A DNA stretch of 64,000 nucleotides from an uncultured Actinomycetes bacterium (GTDB lineage: Bacteria > Actinomycetota > UBA4738 > JBBDTT01), in contig CAVUMN010000003.1 of NCBI GenBank assembly GCA_963742735.1, positions 384,001-448,000 on the forward strand. The letters are read 5' to 3'. A model generated the notes under the pieces. The model had not been told where the DNA came from. It did no database searches and worked only from the letters and a program-made list of their open reading frames with translations. The position numbers and the translations under genes were made by a program. This document shows, in pieces, positions 28,749-40,379 of this stretch (the stretch's first letter is position 1; the number at the start of each line of letters is the position of its first letter).

Positions 28749-29336
28749 ATGCGCACGTTCTCGTTCCGTCCCTCCCTCAGCTTCAAGGGCCGCAAGTTCC
28801 ACGGGCTCCGTGGCTGGGCCGGCAAGCCCCTGCACCCCCCGCTCACGGACGTGCCCGTCGGCGCCTACATGGTCGCCGCGGTCCTCGACCTGATCTCGTT
28901 CATCGGCGGCGACGGAAAGCCCTGGGCCCAGGACCTCTACCGGGCCGCCGGGTACACGTTCATCGGCGGCGCCGTCGTCTCGGTGTTCGCGGCGCTGACC
29001 GGCTTCTTCGACTGGTGGAAGTCGACCGAGAAGGGCAACCAGGCCCGGCGCACGGTCAACGCCCACGCGTGGACCATGATCCTGGTGACCGTGCTGGTCC
29101 TGACCAACATCTGGACGCGCATCGGCGTGGCCTGGGACGAGCCGGCCACGCCCGTTGGCACGCTGGCGTTCTCGCTGCTGGCCGCGCTGTTCACGATCAT
29201 CGGCGGGACGATCGGCGGCACGCTGATCTTCGACTACGGCTTCAACGTCGAGACCGCGGGCGACAGCCCGGTGTGGCACACGTCGGAGACCGACGTTCTG
29301 CCGAAGGACAAGGCGAAGGCTCCGCCCGCGACCTAG
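28749..29336 (+). CDS. DUF2231-family membrane protein
   Basis: PLHPPLTDVPVG, LTGFFDW, NAHA, GGTIGG.L.FDYG. Confidence 0.8.
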   Translation: MRTFSFRPSLSFKGRKFHGLRGWAGKPLHPPLTDVPVGAYMVAAVLDLISFIGGDGKPWAQDLYRAAGYTFIGGAVVSVFAALTGFFDWWKSTEKGNQARRTVNAHAWTMILVTVLVLTNIWTRIGVAWDEPATPVGTLAFSLLAALFTIIGGTIGGTLIFDYGFNVETAGDSPVWHTSETDVLPKDKAKAPPAT

Positions 29337-29352
29337 GCGCCCCGGCGTTTCG

Positions 29353-29424
29353 TGCCCCCGGCAGGATTCGAACCTGCGCCCCCCGCTCCGGAGGCGGGTG
29401 CTCTATCCCCTGAGCTACGGGGGC
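29353..29424 (-). tRNA. tRNA-Arg (anticodon CCG), CCA not encoded
   Basis: GCCCCCGTAGCTCAGGGGATAGAGCACCCGCCTCCGGAGCGGGGGGCGCAGGTTCGAATCCTGCCGGGGGCA folds as a cloverleaf; anticodon loop CT-CCG-GA; T loop GTTCGAATC. Confidence 0.95.
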
Positions 29425-29465
29425 CGAGGGGCCATGATACGGGGTACCATCTTCGGGCTTCGGGC

Positions 29466-29852
29466 ATGAACAAGCCGACCAGGATCCTCGTCGCAGACGA
29501 CGACCCGTCGATCCTCCGATTGCTCCAGCTGAACTTCGAGCTCGAGGGATACGAGGTATCCACGGCGTCGGACGGAGAGGAAGCGCTGGCGAAGGCGCGC
29601 GCATCCTCCCCGGACGTCGTCGTGCTCGATGTGATGATGCCCGGTATGGACGGGTGGGAGGTGTGTCGCCGGTTGAAGGAGGACGAGACGATGCGTGACG
29701 TACCCGTCATCCTCCTGACCGCGCTCGGACAGGAACAGGAGCGCCGCCACGGCATGTCCGTCGGCGCCTCGGAGTACGTGATGAAGCCCTTCGACCCCGA
29801 CCAACTGGTCCAGATGGTGAAGGGCACGCTCTCCGGCGCCGGCCGGGACTGA
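29466..29852 (+). CDS. Single-domain response regulator (receiver only)
   Basis: ILVADDD, LDVMMP (phospho-Asp), LTA, KPF; no output domain. Confidence 0.9.
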   Translation: MNKPTRILVADDDPSILRLLQLNFELEGYEVSTASDGEEALAKARASSPDVVVLDVMMPGMDGWEVCRRLKEDETMRDVPVILLTALGQEQERRHGMSVGASEYVMKPFDPDQLVQMVKGTLSGAGRD

Positions 29853-29867
29853 CGGAACCCGACGCCG

Positions 29868-31550
29868 GTGAACGAACAGGACCTCTCCTCGCTCATCCGT
29901 GAAGCCGTGACGGCTTCCGGGTTCGAGCTGCCCGCCGGCCTCGAGATCGAGCTCCAGCGGCCGCGCCAGAAGGAGCACGGGGACTGGTCGACGAACGTCG
30001 CGCTCGCGCTCGCGCCGCGGGTGGGCCGCCCCGCCCGGGAGGTCGCCGAGGCGATCGTGGCCGGGCTGCCCGCCGACGAACGGATCGCCTCGGTCGAGGT
30101 GGCCGGCCCGGGGTTCATCAACGTGAAGCTCTCGGACGACTCGCTCTACCAGGTGCTCCGCGACGTGATCGCCGCCGGCCCGGGGTACGGACACGTGCCC
30201 GAGGGTTCGGGCGAGCGGATCCAGGTCGAGTTCGTCTCCGCGAACCCGACCGGGCCGCTGCACGTCGGCCACGGCCGGTGGGCGGCGGTGGGGGACGCGC
30301 TGGCCTCGGTCCTGCACACGGCGGGCAACGCGGTGGAGCGCGAGTTCTACATCAACGACCACGGGAACCAGATGGAGCTTTTCGGCCGGTCCATCGCCGC
30401 GCGGTACCTCGTCCGGTTCGGCCGCGAGACCGAGATCCCCGAGGGCGGGTATCAGGGCGCCTACGTGGACGAGCTGGCCGGGGAGATCGCCGAGGAACAC
30501 GGCGATCGGTGGGTCGATTCGCCCGAGGAGGAGCGCGTTGCGTTCTTCCGCGCGGAGGGGGAGCGGCGGATGCTCGCCCAGCAGCGCGAGGTGCTCTCCC
30601 GGTTCGGCGTGGAGTTCGACGTGTGGTTCAGCGAGCGGACCCTCCACGAGTCGGGCGCAGTGGACGAGGCCATCGCCGCGATCCGGGAGGCCGGCTACGT
30701 ATACGAGAAGGACGGCGCCCTCTGGCTGCGGACGACGGCGCTCGGCGACGACAAGGACCGCGTGGTGATCCGGGCGACGGGCGAGCCGACGTACCTGGCG
30801 CCCGACGCGGCCTACGTCCGCGACAAGTTCGGCCGCGGGTTCGACCGGCTGATCTACCTGTGGGGTGCCGACCACCACGGCTACATCGGACGACTGCGCG
30901 CCGTCGTGCGGGCCCTCGGGTACGACCCCGCCCGGGTCGAGTTCGAGATCGGCCAGTTCGTCAACCTGTTCCGCGGAGACGAGCCCGTGCGCATGTCGAA
31001 GCGCACGGGCGACATCGTCACGTTCGAGGAGCTCCTGGACGAGGTCGGGCCCGACGCCGCGCGCTACCTGTTCCTCCGCCAGCCGGTGGACACGCCGATC
31101 GACTTCGACATCGAGGTGGCCACCCGCCAGTCGATGGACAACCCCGTCTACTACGTCCAGTACGCGCACGCCCGGATCGCCAGCCTGCTTCGGGTGGCCC
31201 AGGAGCGCGGCGTGGATCGAGGCTCGTTCGACGACGCGGATCTGGCCGGGCTTGAGCATCCGTCCGAGCTGGACCTGCTGCGCACGCTCTCGGAGTATCC
31301 GGAGGTGCTTCGCCTCGCCGCGCACCACCGAGCGCCCCACCGGGTGGCGCGCTACGCGGAGGAGAAGCTCGCCGTCGCCTTCCATCGGTTCTACACCGAC
31401 TGTCCCGTCCTGACCGCGGAGCCGCCGCTGGCCCGGGCGCGCCTGTGGCTGGCGGAGGGGACACGGTCGGTCGTGGCGAACGCGCTCGGGCTGCTCGGCG
31501 TGAGCGCGCCGGAGGCCATGGCCCGTCTGGGAGAGGAGGAGGCGTCGTGA
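29868..31550 (+). CDS. argS: Arginine--tRNA ligase
   Basis: VEFVSANPTGPLHVGH, GADHHGY, MSKRTG, YYVQYAHARI. Confidence 0.97.
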   Translation: MNEQDLSSLIREAVTASGFELPAGLEIELQRPRQKEHGDWSTNVALALAPRVGRPAREVAEAIVAGLPADERIASVEVAGPGFINVKLSDDSLYQVLRDVIAAGPGYGHVPEGSGERIQVEFVSANPTGPLHVGHGRWAAVGDALASVLHTAGNAVEREFYINDHGNQMELFGRSIAARYLVRFGRETEIPEGGYQGAYVDELAGEIAEEHGDRWVDSPEEERVAFFRAEGERRMLAQQREVLSRFGVEFDVWFSERTLHESGAVDEAIAAIREAGYVYEKDGALWLRTTALGDDKDRVVIRATGEPTYLAPDAAYVRDKFGRGFDRLIYLWGADHHGYIGRLRAVVRALGYDPARVEFEIGQFVNLFRGDEPVRMSKRTGDIVTFEELLDEVGPDAARYLFLRQPVDTPIDFDIEVATRQSMDNPVYYVQYAHARIASLLRVAQERGVDRGSFDDADLAGLEHPSELDLLRTLSEYPEVLRLAAHHRAPHRVARYAEEKLAVAFHRFYTDCPVLTAEPPLARARLWLAEGTRSVVANALGLLGVSAPEAMARLGEEEAS

Positions 31551-33366
31551 ACCGGGAGCCCTGGCCTGCGACGTCGGCGTTCGATGACGGCCTGACGGTG
31601 GCCGGCGTGCGGGCGACCGAGCTGGCCGAGGCCTACGGCACGCCGCTGCTGGTGGTCGACGAGGAGGACGTGCGCGCGCGATGCCGGGCGTTCGTGGCGG
31701 CGTTCGGCGATCCCGTCTTCGCGATCAAGTCGTTCCCGGCCCGCGCGCTCATCCGGATCGCCCTCGAGGAGGGTCTCGGCCTGCTGGCCGCGACCGGGGG
31801 AGAGCTCGAGGCCTGCCTGCGGGCGGGCGCCGATCCGGGACGGATCGTGATGCACGGGAACAACAAGTCCGACGAGGAGATCCGCGCCGCGGTCGACGCC
31901 GGGGTGCGGCTGCTGATCGCGGACAACCCCGAGGAGCTCGAGCGGGCCGACGAGATCGCCCGCGCGGCCGGCCGGGTGCTGCCGGTGTTGCTCCGCGCGA
32001 TCCCGGCAGTCGACGCCGATACCCACGCGTACATCGACACCGGGGGCCGCGACACGAAGTTCGGCACCCCGATCGAGGGGGGCGTCGCGCTGCAGGCGCT
32101 GAAGCTCGCCGAGTCGCTGCCCGGTCTGGACCTCCGGGGCATCCACGTCCACGTGGGCTCGCAGCTGGTGGGTCCCGAGGCGCACCTGGGCGGGGTGGAC
32201 GCCGCGCTCGACCTGCTCGCCGAGGCCCGGGACGCGCTCGGTCGCGAGCTGCCGGTACTGGACGCGGGGGGCGGGTTCGGCGTCCGCTACACCGACGAGA
32301 CGCCCCCGGCGGCGGCCGAGTTCGCCGCGGCCATCCACGCCCGTGTGATCGGAGGCGCCGCGGCGCGGAGCCTCGCCGAACCCGCGCTGATCGTCGAGCC
32401 CGGCCGGGCGATCGTCGCCAACCCGGTCCTGACGCTGTACCGGGTGGGTGTGATCAAGGACCTGCCCGGCGTGCGAACGTACCTCTCGGTGGACGGCGGC
32501 ATGAGCGACAACATCCGGCCGGTGCTGTACGGCTCGCGGTACACGTTCGCCCTGGCCAACCGCCGGGGCGATCAGGCGACGCGCGAGTTCGCGGTCGCCG
32601 GGAAGCACTGCGAGAGCGGCGACGTGCTCGCCTACGACGTCCCGCTGCCGGCCGACGCCGCGCGCGGCGACCTGCTCGCCGTCGCGGCCACCGGAGGCTA
32701 CGCCTACGCGATGTCGAGCAACTACAACCGGCTCGGCCGGCCGGCGGTGGTGGGGGTCCGCGACGGGCGGGTTCGCCTGCTGCTCCGCCGCGAGGACCTG
32801 TCCGACCTGGACCGCCTGGAGGTGGACGAGTCACCGTTGCCCGAGGCGGCCGTGCCCCCGGGCGTGGAGGTCCGTCCGGCGAAGCCCGGCGACGCCAAAG
32901 GGTTCCTCGAGTTCTGGAAGGAGATCGTGGCCGAGGGCGAGCTGGTCCGGTCCGAGACCGTCACCCTGGACGTCCGGGAGCAGCGCCGCCGCTACGCGGC
33001 GGGATGGGGCCCCGCCGGGGCGTCGGTCCTCGCCCTGGACGGGGACCGCGTGATCGGGTGTCTGACGCTAGACCGCGAGGTCCACCCGGTCCTTCGCCAC
33101 GTGGCCGAGCTCGGGATGTCCGTCGCGGTCGAGTGGCGGCGCAAGGGCGTGGGCGCGGCCCTGATGTCCGAGGCCTTCCGCTGGGCCCGCGAGTTCGGCG
33201 TGGAGAAGCTGACGCTCGGCGGTCTACACCGACAATCGCCCGGCGATCGGCGCTCTACGCCCGGTTCGGGTTCGTGGTGGAGGGCCGGCTGGCGGGGCAG
33301 TCGAAGAAGACGAGTGGCTACAGCGACGAGATCCTGATGGCCCGGTGGGTGGGGGAGCGGCCGTGA
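31547..33366 (+). CDS. lysA: Diaminopimelate decarboxylase fused to a C-terminal GNAT domain (frameshifts near 33220-33250)
   Basis: HGNNKS, KFG, HVHVGSQ, GGGFG, EPGRAIV, VDGGM, GKHCESGD, SNYN; then in frame ELGMSV..WRRKGVG and, after a shift, LYARFGFVVEG. Confidence 0.88.
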
Positions 33367-34656
33367 ACGAAGGCGTCGTTCGTGTCGGGCTGCTGGGGTG
33401 CGGCCACGTGGGGTCGGCGGCGGCCCGGATCCTGCACGACCACGCCGGCGACATCGAGCGCCGCGTCGGCGCCAGGATCGAGGTGACTCGCGTGGCGGTG
33501 CGCAACCTGGCCCGCGAACGGGACGTCCCCGTGCCGCACGACCGCTTCACCAACGACCCGCACTCGATCGTGCGCGGACCCCGACGTCGACCTGGTGGTG
33601 CGAGGTCATCGGCGGCATCGAGCCGGCCCGCACGCTCATCCTTGAGGCGTTCGCCGCGGGCAAGCACGTCGTCACCGCCAACAAGGAGCTGCTGTCCACG
33701 CTCGGCCGCGAGCTCTTCGACGCCGCCGAGGCCGCCAAGGTCGACCTGTACTTCGAGGCCGCCGTCGGCGGCGGAATCCCCCTGATCCACCCGCTGAAGG
33801 AGTCGCTCGCCGGCGAGCGGATCCGCAAGGTCATCGGCATCGTCAACGGGACGACGAACTACATCCTCACGCGGATGACCGAGGAGGGCGTGTCCTTCTC
33901 CGAGGCCGTCGCCCAGGCCCAGGGCCTGGGGTACGCCGAGCGCGATCCCTCCGCCGACGTCGAGGGCTACGACGCCGCGGCCAAGCTGCGCGATCCTCGC
34001 CTCGATCGCGTTCAACGCCCGCGTCGTCGCCGGCGACGTCTACCGCGAGGGGATCGCCGACGTCGGGGCGCAGGACATCGAGTTCGCCGACCGGCTCGGC
34101 TACGTCGTGAAGCTGCTGGCGATCGCGGAGCTCGAGGACGGAGAGATCGCCGCGCGCGTCCACCCGGCGATGATCCCCAAGGAGCACCCGCTGGCCGCCG
34201 TGCGCGACTCGTTCAACGCCGTGTTCGTGGAGGGCGAGAACGTCGGCGAGCTGATGTTCTACGGGCGGGGGGCCGGCGGCGCGCCGACGGGGACCGCCGT
34301 GGCCGGCGACGTGGTCGACGTCGCCCGCAACCTGGTCAACGGCGGGCGGGGCGTGGGGTGCACCTGCTACGACGAGCGACGCGTCCGGCCGATGGACGAG
34401 ATGCACAGCCAGTACTACCTGCTGCTCGAGGTGGCGGACCGGCCCGGCGTGCTGGCCTCGGTGGCGAGCGCGTTCGCGAACAACCTGCGTCTCGATCAAG
34501 AGCGTGTGGCAGGAGGGGACCGGCGAGGAGGCCCTGCTCGTGATCATCACCCACCGGGGCAACGAGGCGGCCTTCCAGCAGACCGTCCACGACCTCCGCG
34601 AGCTCGACGCGGTGAGCGCGGTACGCAGCCTGATGCGCGTGGAGGGCGTGGAGTGA
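33363..34656 (+). CDS. hom: Homoserine dehydrogenase with ACT domain (several frameshifts, likely errors)
   Basis: GLLGCGHVG, VVTANK, FEAAVGGGIP, NGTTNYIL, GYAE.DP..DVEG, YGRGAG, DRPGVLA spread over three frames. Confidence 0.92.
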
Positions 34657-35721
34657 GCGCCAGCGCACCGTGGCGGGGGATCATCGCGGAGTACCGGGAG
34701 CGCCTGCCCGTCACCGACGCGACCCCGGTGGTGACCATGCAGGAGGGAGGCACGCCGCTCATCCGCTCGCGCGGCGCTGTCCGAGGAGACCGGGCGGGAG
34801 GTCTACCTGAAGTTCGAGGGCGCCAACCCGACGGGCTCGTTCAAGGACCGGGGGATGACCCTGGCGATCTCCAAGGCCCTCGAGGAGGGCTCGCGGGCGG
34901 TGGTGTGCGCGTCCACCGGCAACACGAGCGCGTCCGCCGCGGCGTACGCGGGACTGGCCGGCGCTGACCTGCGCGGTCCTGGTCCCCAAGGGCCGGATCG
35001 CCCTGGGGAAGATGGCCCAGACCCTGGTCCACGGCGCCCGCGTCCTGGAGGTGGACGGGAACTTCGACGCGTGCCTCGAGGTGCGCGCGGGTCCTGGCCG
35101 ACCGCTACCCGGTCACCCTGGTGAACTCCGTGAACCCGTACCGGCTCGAGGGCCAGAAGACCGCGGCGTTCGAGATCTGCGACGCGCTCGGCCGAGCGCC
35201 CGACCTGCACTTCATCCCGGTCGGCAACGCCGGCAACATCTCGAGCCACTGGATCGGGTACTCCGAGTACGCGAAGGACGGCGACGATCGACGGTCCGCC
35301 CGCGCTGTTCGGGTTCCAGGCCAGCCGGCGCGGCGCCGATCGTCCGGGGAGAGCCGATCGCCAGACCCCTCCGACGATCGCCACCGCGATCCGCATCGGC
35401 AACCCCGCGTCCTGGGACCTGGCGGTCGACGGCCGCCAAGGACTCCGGCGGGGAGATCTCGGCGGTGACCGACCGGGAGATCCTGTCCGCGTACCGGCAG
35501 GTGGCGCGCGAGGGCGTGTTCTGCGAGATGGCGTCCGCGGCGTCCGTGGCCGGGCTGCTGCAGCTCCACGCGCGACGGGAGGCTCCCTCCCGGCGAGGAC
35601 CGTCGTCTGCGTCCTCACGGGCCACGGCCTGAAGGACCCGGACTGGGCGATCGCCGGCGCCGGCAAGCCGCCGGTGCTGCCGCCCGACGCGGACGCCATC
35701 GCCGCCGACCTCGGGCTGTAG
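34653..35721 (+). CDS. thrC: Threonine synthase (several frameshifts)
   Basis: [59 protein letters not shown]. Confidence 0.92.
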
Positions 35722-35725
35722 ACCG

Positions 35726-36605
35726 ATGGGCGACTACCGGGTCAGCGTCCCGGCCACCGTCGCGAACCTCGGGCCGGGGTTCGACTGCTTCGGCATGGCG
35801 GTCGACCTGGCAACGAGGTCCTCGTCGAGGCTGGACGGACCGCCGGGGATCGAGGTCGCGGGGCGAGGGCGCGGGCGAGCTCGCCGACCGACGGCTCCGG
35901 GAACCTGATCTGCCGGACGATGACGTTCCTGGCGCGCGGAGCTGGGGGGCACGTGCCCCGACGCTCCGGCTGGTCTGCGAGAACCGGATCCCCCTCCAGC
36001 GAGGCCTCGGCTCGTCGTCCGCCGCGATCGTCGCCGGGCTGCTCATCGCCGACCGGCTCCTGGACGCGAACCTCGGGACCGGCCGCCTGCTGGAGCTCGC
36101 CGCGGACCTGGAGGGCCACGCCGACAACGTCGCCCCGGCGCTCCTGGGCGGCGTTCGCATCGCGTATCTGCTCCAAGGACGGGCTGGCGGACCGAGGCGC
36201 TCGCACCCGCACGCCGCCCTCCGGCCGGTCCTGCTGATCCCGCTCGAGGAACGGCTTCCGACCGACGACGCCCGCCGGGTCCTTGCCACCCACGTCCCCC
36301 GCGGGGACGCGACCTTCAACTTGTCCCGAGTGGCCCTGCTGGTGGTGGCCCTCACCGAGCGTCCGGAGCTGCTCGTCGATGCCCTCGAGGACCGCCTGCA
36401 CCAACAGGCGCGGCTGCCGCTCGTCCCCGCCTCCCGGGCGGTGTTCGAAGACCTCCGCGAAGCCCGCGTTCCGGTGTGCGTCGCCGGCGCCGGCCCGGCC
36501 CTGCTCGCGTTCGAGTCGGACGACCGGCCGGTGAAGGACATGGGTGCGTCGTGGCGGACGCACCGCGCCACGATCGCCGGCGGGGCGTCGATCCGGGAGG
36601 CGTAA
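35726..36605 (+). CDS. thrB: Homoserine kinase (several frameshifts)
   Basis: VPATVANLGPGFD, RGLGSSSAA, EGHADNVA, DRLHQ, AGAGP. Confidence 0.9.
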
Positions 36606-36623
36606 CTCCCTACACTGGCCGCG

Positions 36624-38818
36624 ATGGACGATCCCGTCGCCGATCGCCCTCAGATCCAGGCCTCGCAGGTCGTCGTCGCCGACGTCACCAGCAAGGTCCT
36701 CGCCACCAAGGAGGGCGAGACCTTCCTGTACTGCGACACCGAGGGCAATCTGGACGACCGCAAGGAGCTCGGGCTCGGCCTGTACTACAAGGACACGCGC
36801 TTCCTGTCCCACTTCCGGATGCTGCTCTCGGGGCGGGAGCCCGTCCTGCTCTCCTCGTCGTCCGAGCGCGCCTACATGTCGTACGTGGACCTCACCAACC
36901 CGGACCTGTACGAGGGCGAGGAGGTCGCGGTGCCCCAGCAGACCCTCAACGTCCGCCGGATCCGGACGATCAATGGGCGGCTGTTCGAGCGGATCCGGAT
37001 GAAGAACTACAACCCCTTCCCCGTGCGGGTCACGGTGGAGCTGTCCCTGGGGGCGCGACTTCGCCGACATCTTCGAGGTCCGCGGGCTCAGCCGGCACCG
37101 GCACGGTCGCCACGAGCCGCCGGTGGCCGAGCGGCCGGACCGCGGAGTTCGCATACACGGGGATCGACGGCGTTCGGCTTCGCACGCTGGTCGAGTTCGG
37201 GAGCGAGCCGGAGCACGTCGAGGTTCGCGGCGACGTCGTGCACGCCCGCTTCGTCGTGCATCTGTCCGGCCACCAGACGAAGCTCGTGTCGATGACGGTC
37301 GCGCCGATCGGTGGGCGAGGTCGCCCCGCCGACCATGGACTTCGACGTCGCCGTCCACGACCTCCGCCGGTCCTACGAGGACTGGGAGCGCGAATCCACC
37401 CAGATCACCACCGACAACGAGCTGTTCGACCAGCTCCTCACCCGTGGGCATCCGCGACCTTCGCGCGCTCTACACGGCGATGGACGGCGGCCACATCATC
37501 GCGGCCGGCATCCCCTGGTACGTCACGGTGTTCGGCCGCGACGCCCTGATCGACCGCGCACCAGCTCCTGATGGTGAACCCGCAGCACGCGCGCGAGACC
37601 CTCCGAGATCCTGGCCGACCTGCAGGGAACGAAGGAGGACCCGTGGCGCGACGAGGAGCCCGGGAAGATCCTCCACGAGATCCGCCGGGGCGAGCTGGCC
37701 CGGGCGGGCGCGATCCCGCACACGCCGTACTACGGCGCGGTCGACTCGACGCCCGTGGTTCCTGATCCTGCTGCGCGATGTACTTCCGCTGGACGGGCGA
37801 CCGGGAGTTCGCGAAGGCAATGCTGCCCGGCGGCCGAGGCGGCGCTGCGCTGGATCGACGAGTACGGCGACCGCGACGGCGACGGATTCGTCGAGTACCA
37901 GACGCGCTCGCCGCTGGGGCTGCGCAACCAGGGATGGAAGGACTCGTGCGACTCGGTCGTCCACGCCGACGGGCGGCTGGCGGAGCCCCCGATCGCGCTG
38001 GCCGAGGTGCAGGCCTACGTCTACCTGGCCAAGGCGCGGATGGCCGACGTGTACGAGGCGCTCGGGCGAGCGAGTCCCGCGCGGACCAGCTCCGTGGGGA
38101 GGCCGATGATGCTCCGCGCCCGGTTCAACGAGGCGTTCTGGATGGAGGACGAGCAGTACTTCGCCGAGGCCCTCGACGCCGACAAGCGGCCCGGTCCGCA
38201 CCGTCACCTCGAACCCCGGGCACGCGCCTGTACTGCGACATCATCGACCAGGACAAGGCCGAGCACGTCGCCCGTCGGCTGCTCGCAGCCCGACATGTTC
38301 TCGGGCTGGGGGATCCGGACCATGAGCAAGTCGGCCGCCGCGTACAACCCGATGAGCTATCACAACGGCTCGGTGTGGCCGCACGACAACGCGTTGATCG
38401 CGGCGGGGCTGAAGCGGTACGGGTTCCACGAAAGCCACGACCGCGGCTGGCCACGGCCATCTTCGACGCCGCCATCCACACCGACTACATGCGGCTGCCC
38501 GAGCTGTTCTGCGGGTTCACCCGGCGAACGCCGAACCGGCCGGTCGGCTACCCGGTCGCCTGTTCACCCGCAGGCCTGGGCCGCGGGATCGCCGTTCCTG
38601 CTCCTGCAGGCGATGCTCGGCGTCTCGGCCCGCGCCGCACGAGAACCTGCTCACGGTGAACAAGCCCGCACCTGCCCCCGTGGCTGAACCACGTCGAGCT
38701 GCGCAACCTGCGGGTGGGCGACAGCCGCATCTCGATCGTGTTCCGCCGCGAGGGCGAGGTCACCGGCTTCTCCCTCATCCAGAAGGAGGGCGACGTCCGC
38801 GTGGTGATGGAGGAATAA
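36624..38818 (+). CDS. Amylo-alpha-1,6-glucosidase / glycogen debranching-like glycoside hydrolase (several frameshifts)
   Basis: GLYYKDTRFLS, AAGIPWY.TVFGRD, EEPGKILHE, NQGWKDS, ALAEVQAY, SYHNGSVWPHDN, LPELFCG, PQAWAA. Confidence 0.88.
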
Positions 38819-40379
38819 CCTCCTCCGGGCCGGCCAGGATGACCTCCCGGCCGGCCGCGAGCAGCACGTGCACCCCCCGGCCGCGAAGGTCCTCGATCGC
38901 GGAGGCGTCGAGCTCCTGAGGCGCCGTCCACCGCATGGCCGCCCAGTCCCGGCCGCCGAGGTCGAACGTCCTGCGAACCAGCTCGTCGGTGGCGGCCGCG
39001 GCGAAGGCGGCGGCGGCAACCTGGGTCGCGCTGAGCGCCGCGTCCACCCCGAACGTCGTGCGCACGCGGTCGGCCAGGACGTCGTCGAACACCCGGGCCA
39101 CGGTCCGGATCGACGGGTTCAGTCGCCGGGCCTGCACGCAGGCGCCCAGGTTCGCCAGGTCGTCGTCGGTGCAGGCGAACAGCAGCGAGGCTCGTGCGAT
39201 GCCCGCCCGCTCCAGGTTCTCCAGCAGCCGGACGTCGCCGATCAGGACCGGCGCGCGCTCCGCCACGGGGCCGGCGAAGCGGGCGTGCGGGTCGCGCTCC
39301 AGAACCACGGTGGCCACGCCCATGTCCCTGAGCAGCCGCTCGATCCGATAGCCGACCGTTCCGAGCCCGAGGATGATCGCGTGGCCCCGCATCCGGCGCG
39401 CCCGGCGCCCCATCCGGACGTCGAGCCGATTGGCGGTGGCGATCGACGCCAGCTGCGAGAACACCACGCCGACCAGCGCGGCGCTGATCAGCATCGAGCC
39501 GACCCCGAACACCTTCAGCCAGGCATCCGACTCCTCGAGGCCGGGATCGCCGAACGCCGTCCGCACGGCGGCGTAGAGCGCGTCGATCGGTCCGAGGTCG
39601 AGCGCCGCCGCGAAGACGATGACGTTGGTCAGCAGGATCAGACCGAGTCCGGCGGCGGCGTACGGCAGCAGCGTCCTCGGGCGCGGTCCGCCCCGCTCGC
39701 GTTCGGCCTTCGGTCGGGCGCGAGGCGCCGCCGGCAGGTCGGCGTCGGCGAAGGCCAGGGCCAGGACGTCGCGCAGCGGTCCCCCCACCACAGTCTCCTC
39801 GCCGGCGGGGATCTGCCCCGCGACCTCGGTGACCGGTTCCCACACGCCCGTCCCCAAGTCGCGGGCGACCAGCGCGAGACCCGCGGGGAGGGCCCGGACC
39901 CCCGACGCGCGCAGCCGGACGAGCGAGACGTCCTCGTCGCCGAGGCGCAGCGTGTGGAGGACCTCGTCGGCGAGCGCCGCGGCGACGAACGCCGGCGCGG
40001 CGAGCCGCGACATCGAGTATGCCCGGCGAAGGTTCGCCGCCTGGCCCAGCTGGGTCGTCAGGACGGGGTCGAACGATCGAACCACGAGCGGGACGCCGGG
40101 GGCGAGCGCGGTGGCGGCGAGCGACGCCTCGAGGTTCACCCGGTCGTCCTCGGACAGCGCCAGGATGCAGTCCGCGCTCTCGGCGCCCGCGGCGCGGAGG
40201 GACTCCTCCGGGTCCACCGCCGCGACCGCCACCCGAACGCGCGGGGGCAGCAGCCGCGCGAGGGACTCCGTGCCCTCCTCGGCCACGACGATGACCTCGG
40301 GGTCGCCCTGCTCCATGAGGTTGCGGGCCACCCGCACGGAGAGCCGGCTGAGGCCGAACAGCACGAAGCGGCGGTCCAT
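38775..40379 (-). CDS. RCK/TrkA-N domain protein with central 2-TM channel-like segment
   Basis: Two Rossmann-like RCK domains (VLFGLSRL..DDRVNLE; IILGLGTVG..DDDLANL) flanking TM-DALY..AFGD-TM; pore motif non-canonical. Confidence 0.78.
   Translation of the reverse strand: MDRRFVLFGLSRLSVRVARNLMEQGDPEVIVVAEEGTESLARLLPPRVRVAVAAVDPEESLRAAGAESADCILALSEDDRVNLEASLAATALAPGVPLVVRSFDPVLTTQLGQAANLRRAYSMSRLAAPAFVAAALADEVLHTLRLGDEDVSLVRLRASGVRALPAGLALVARDLGTGVWEPVTEVAGQIPAGEETVVGGPLRDVLALAFADADLPAAPRARPKAERERGGPRPRTLLPYAAAGLGLILLTNVIVFAAALDLGPIDALYAAVRTAFGDPGLEESDAWLKVFGVGSMLISAALVGVVFSQLASIATANRLDVRMGRRARRMRGHAIILGLGTVGYRIERLLRDMGVATVVLERDPHARFAGPVAERAPVLIGDVRLLENLERAGIARASLLFACTDDDLANLGACVQARRLNPSIRTVARVFDDVLADRVRTTFGVDAALSATQVAAAAFAAAATDELVRRTFDLGGRDWAAMRWTAPQELDASAIEDLRGRGVHVLLAAGREVILAGPEEVIPPSPRGRRPPSG

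Noticed and set aside
29330-29360. tRNA-Arg 3' end as an integration site for an island
   Set aside because: No integrase and no duplicated tRNA 3' end seen in the window; composition is not visibly different.
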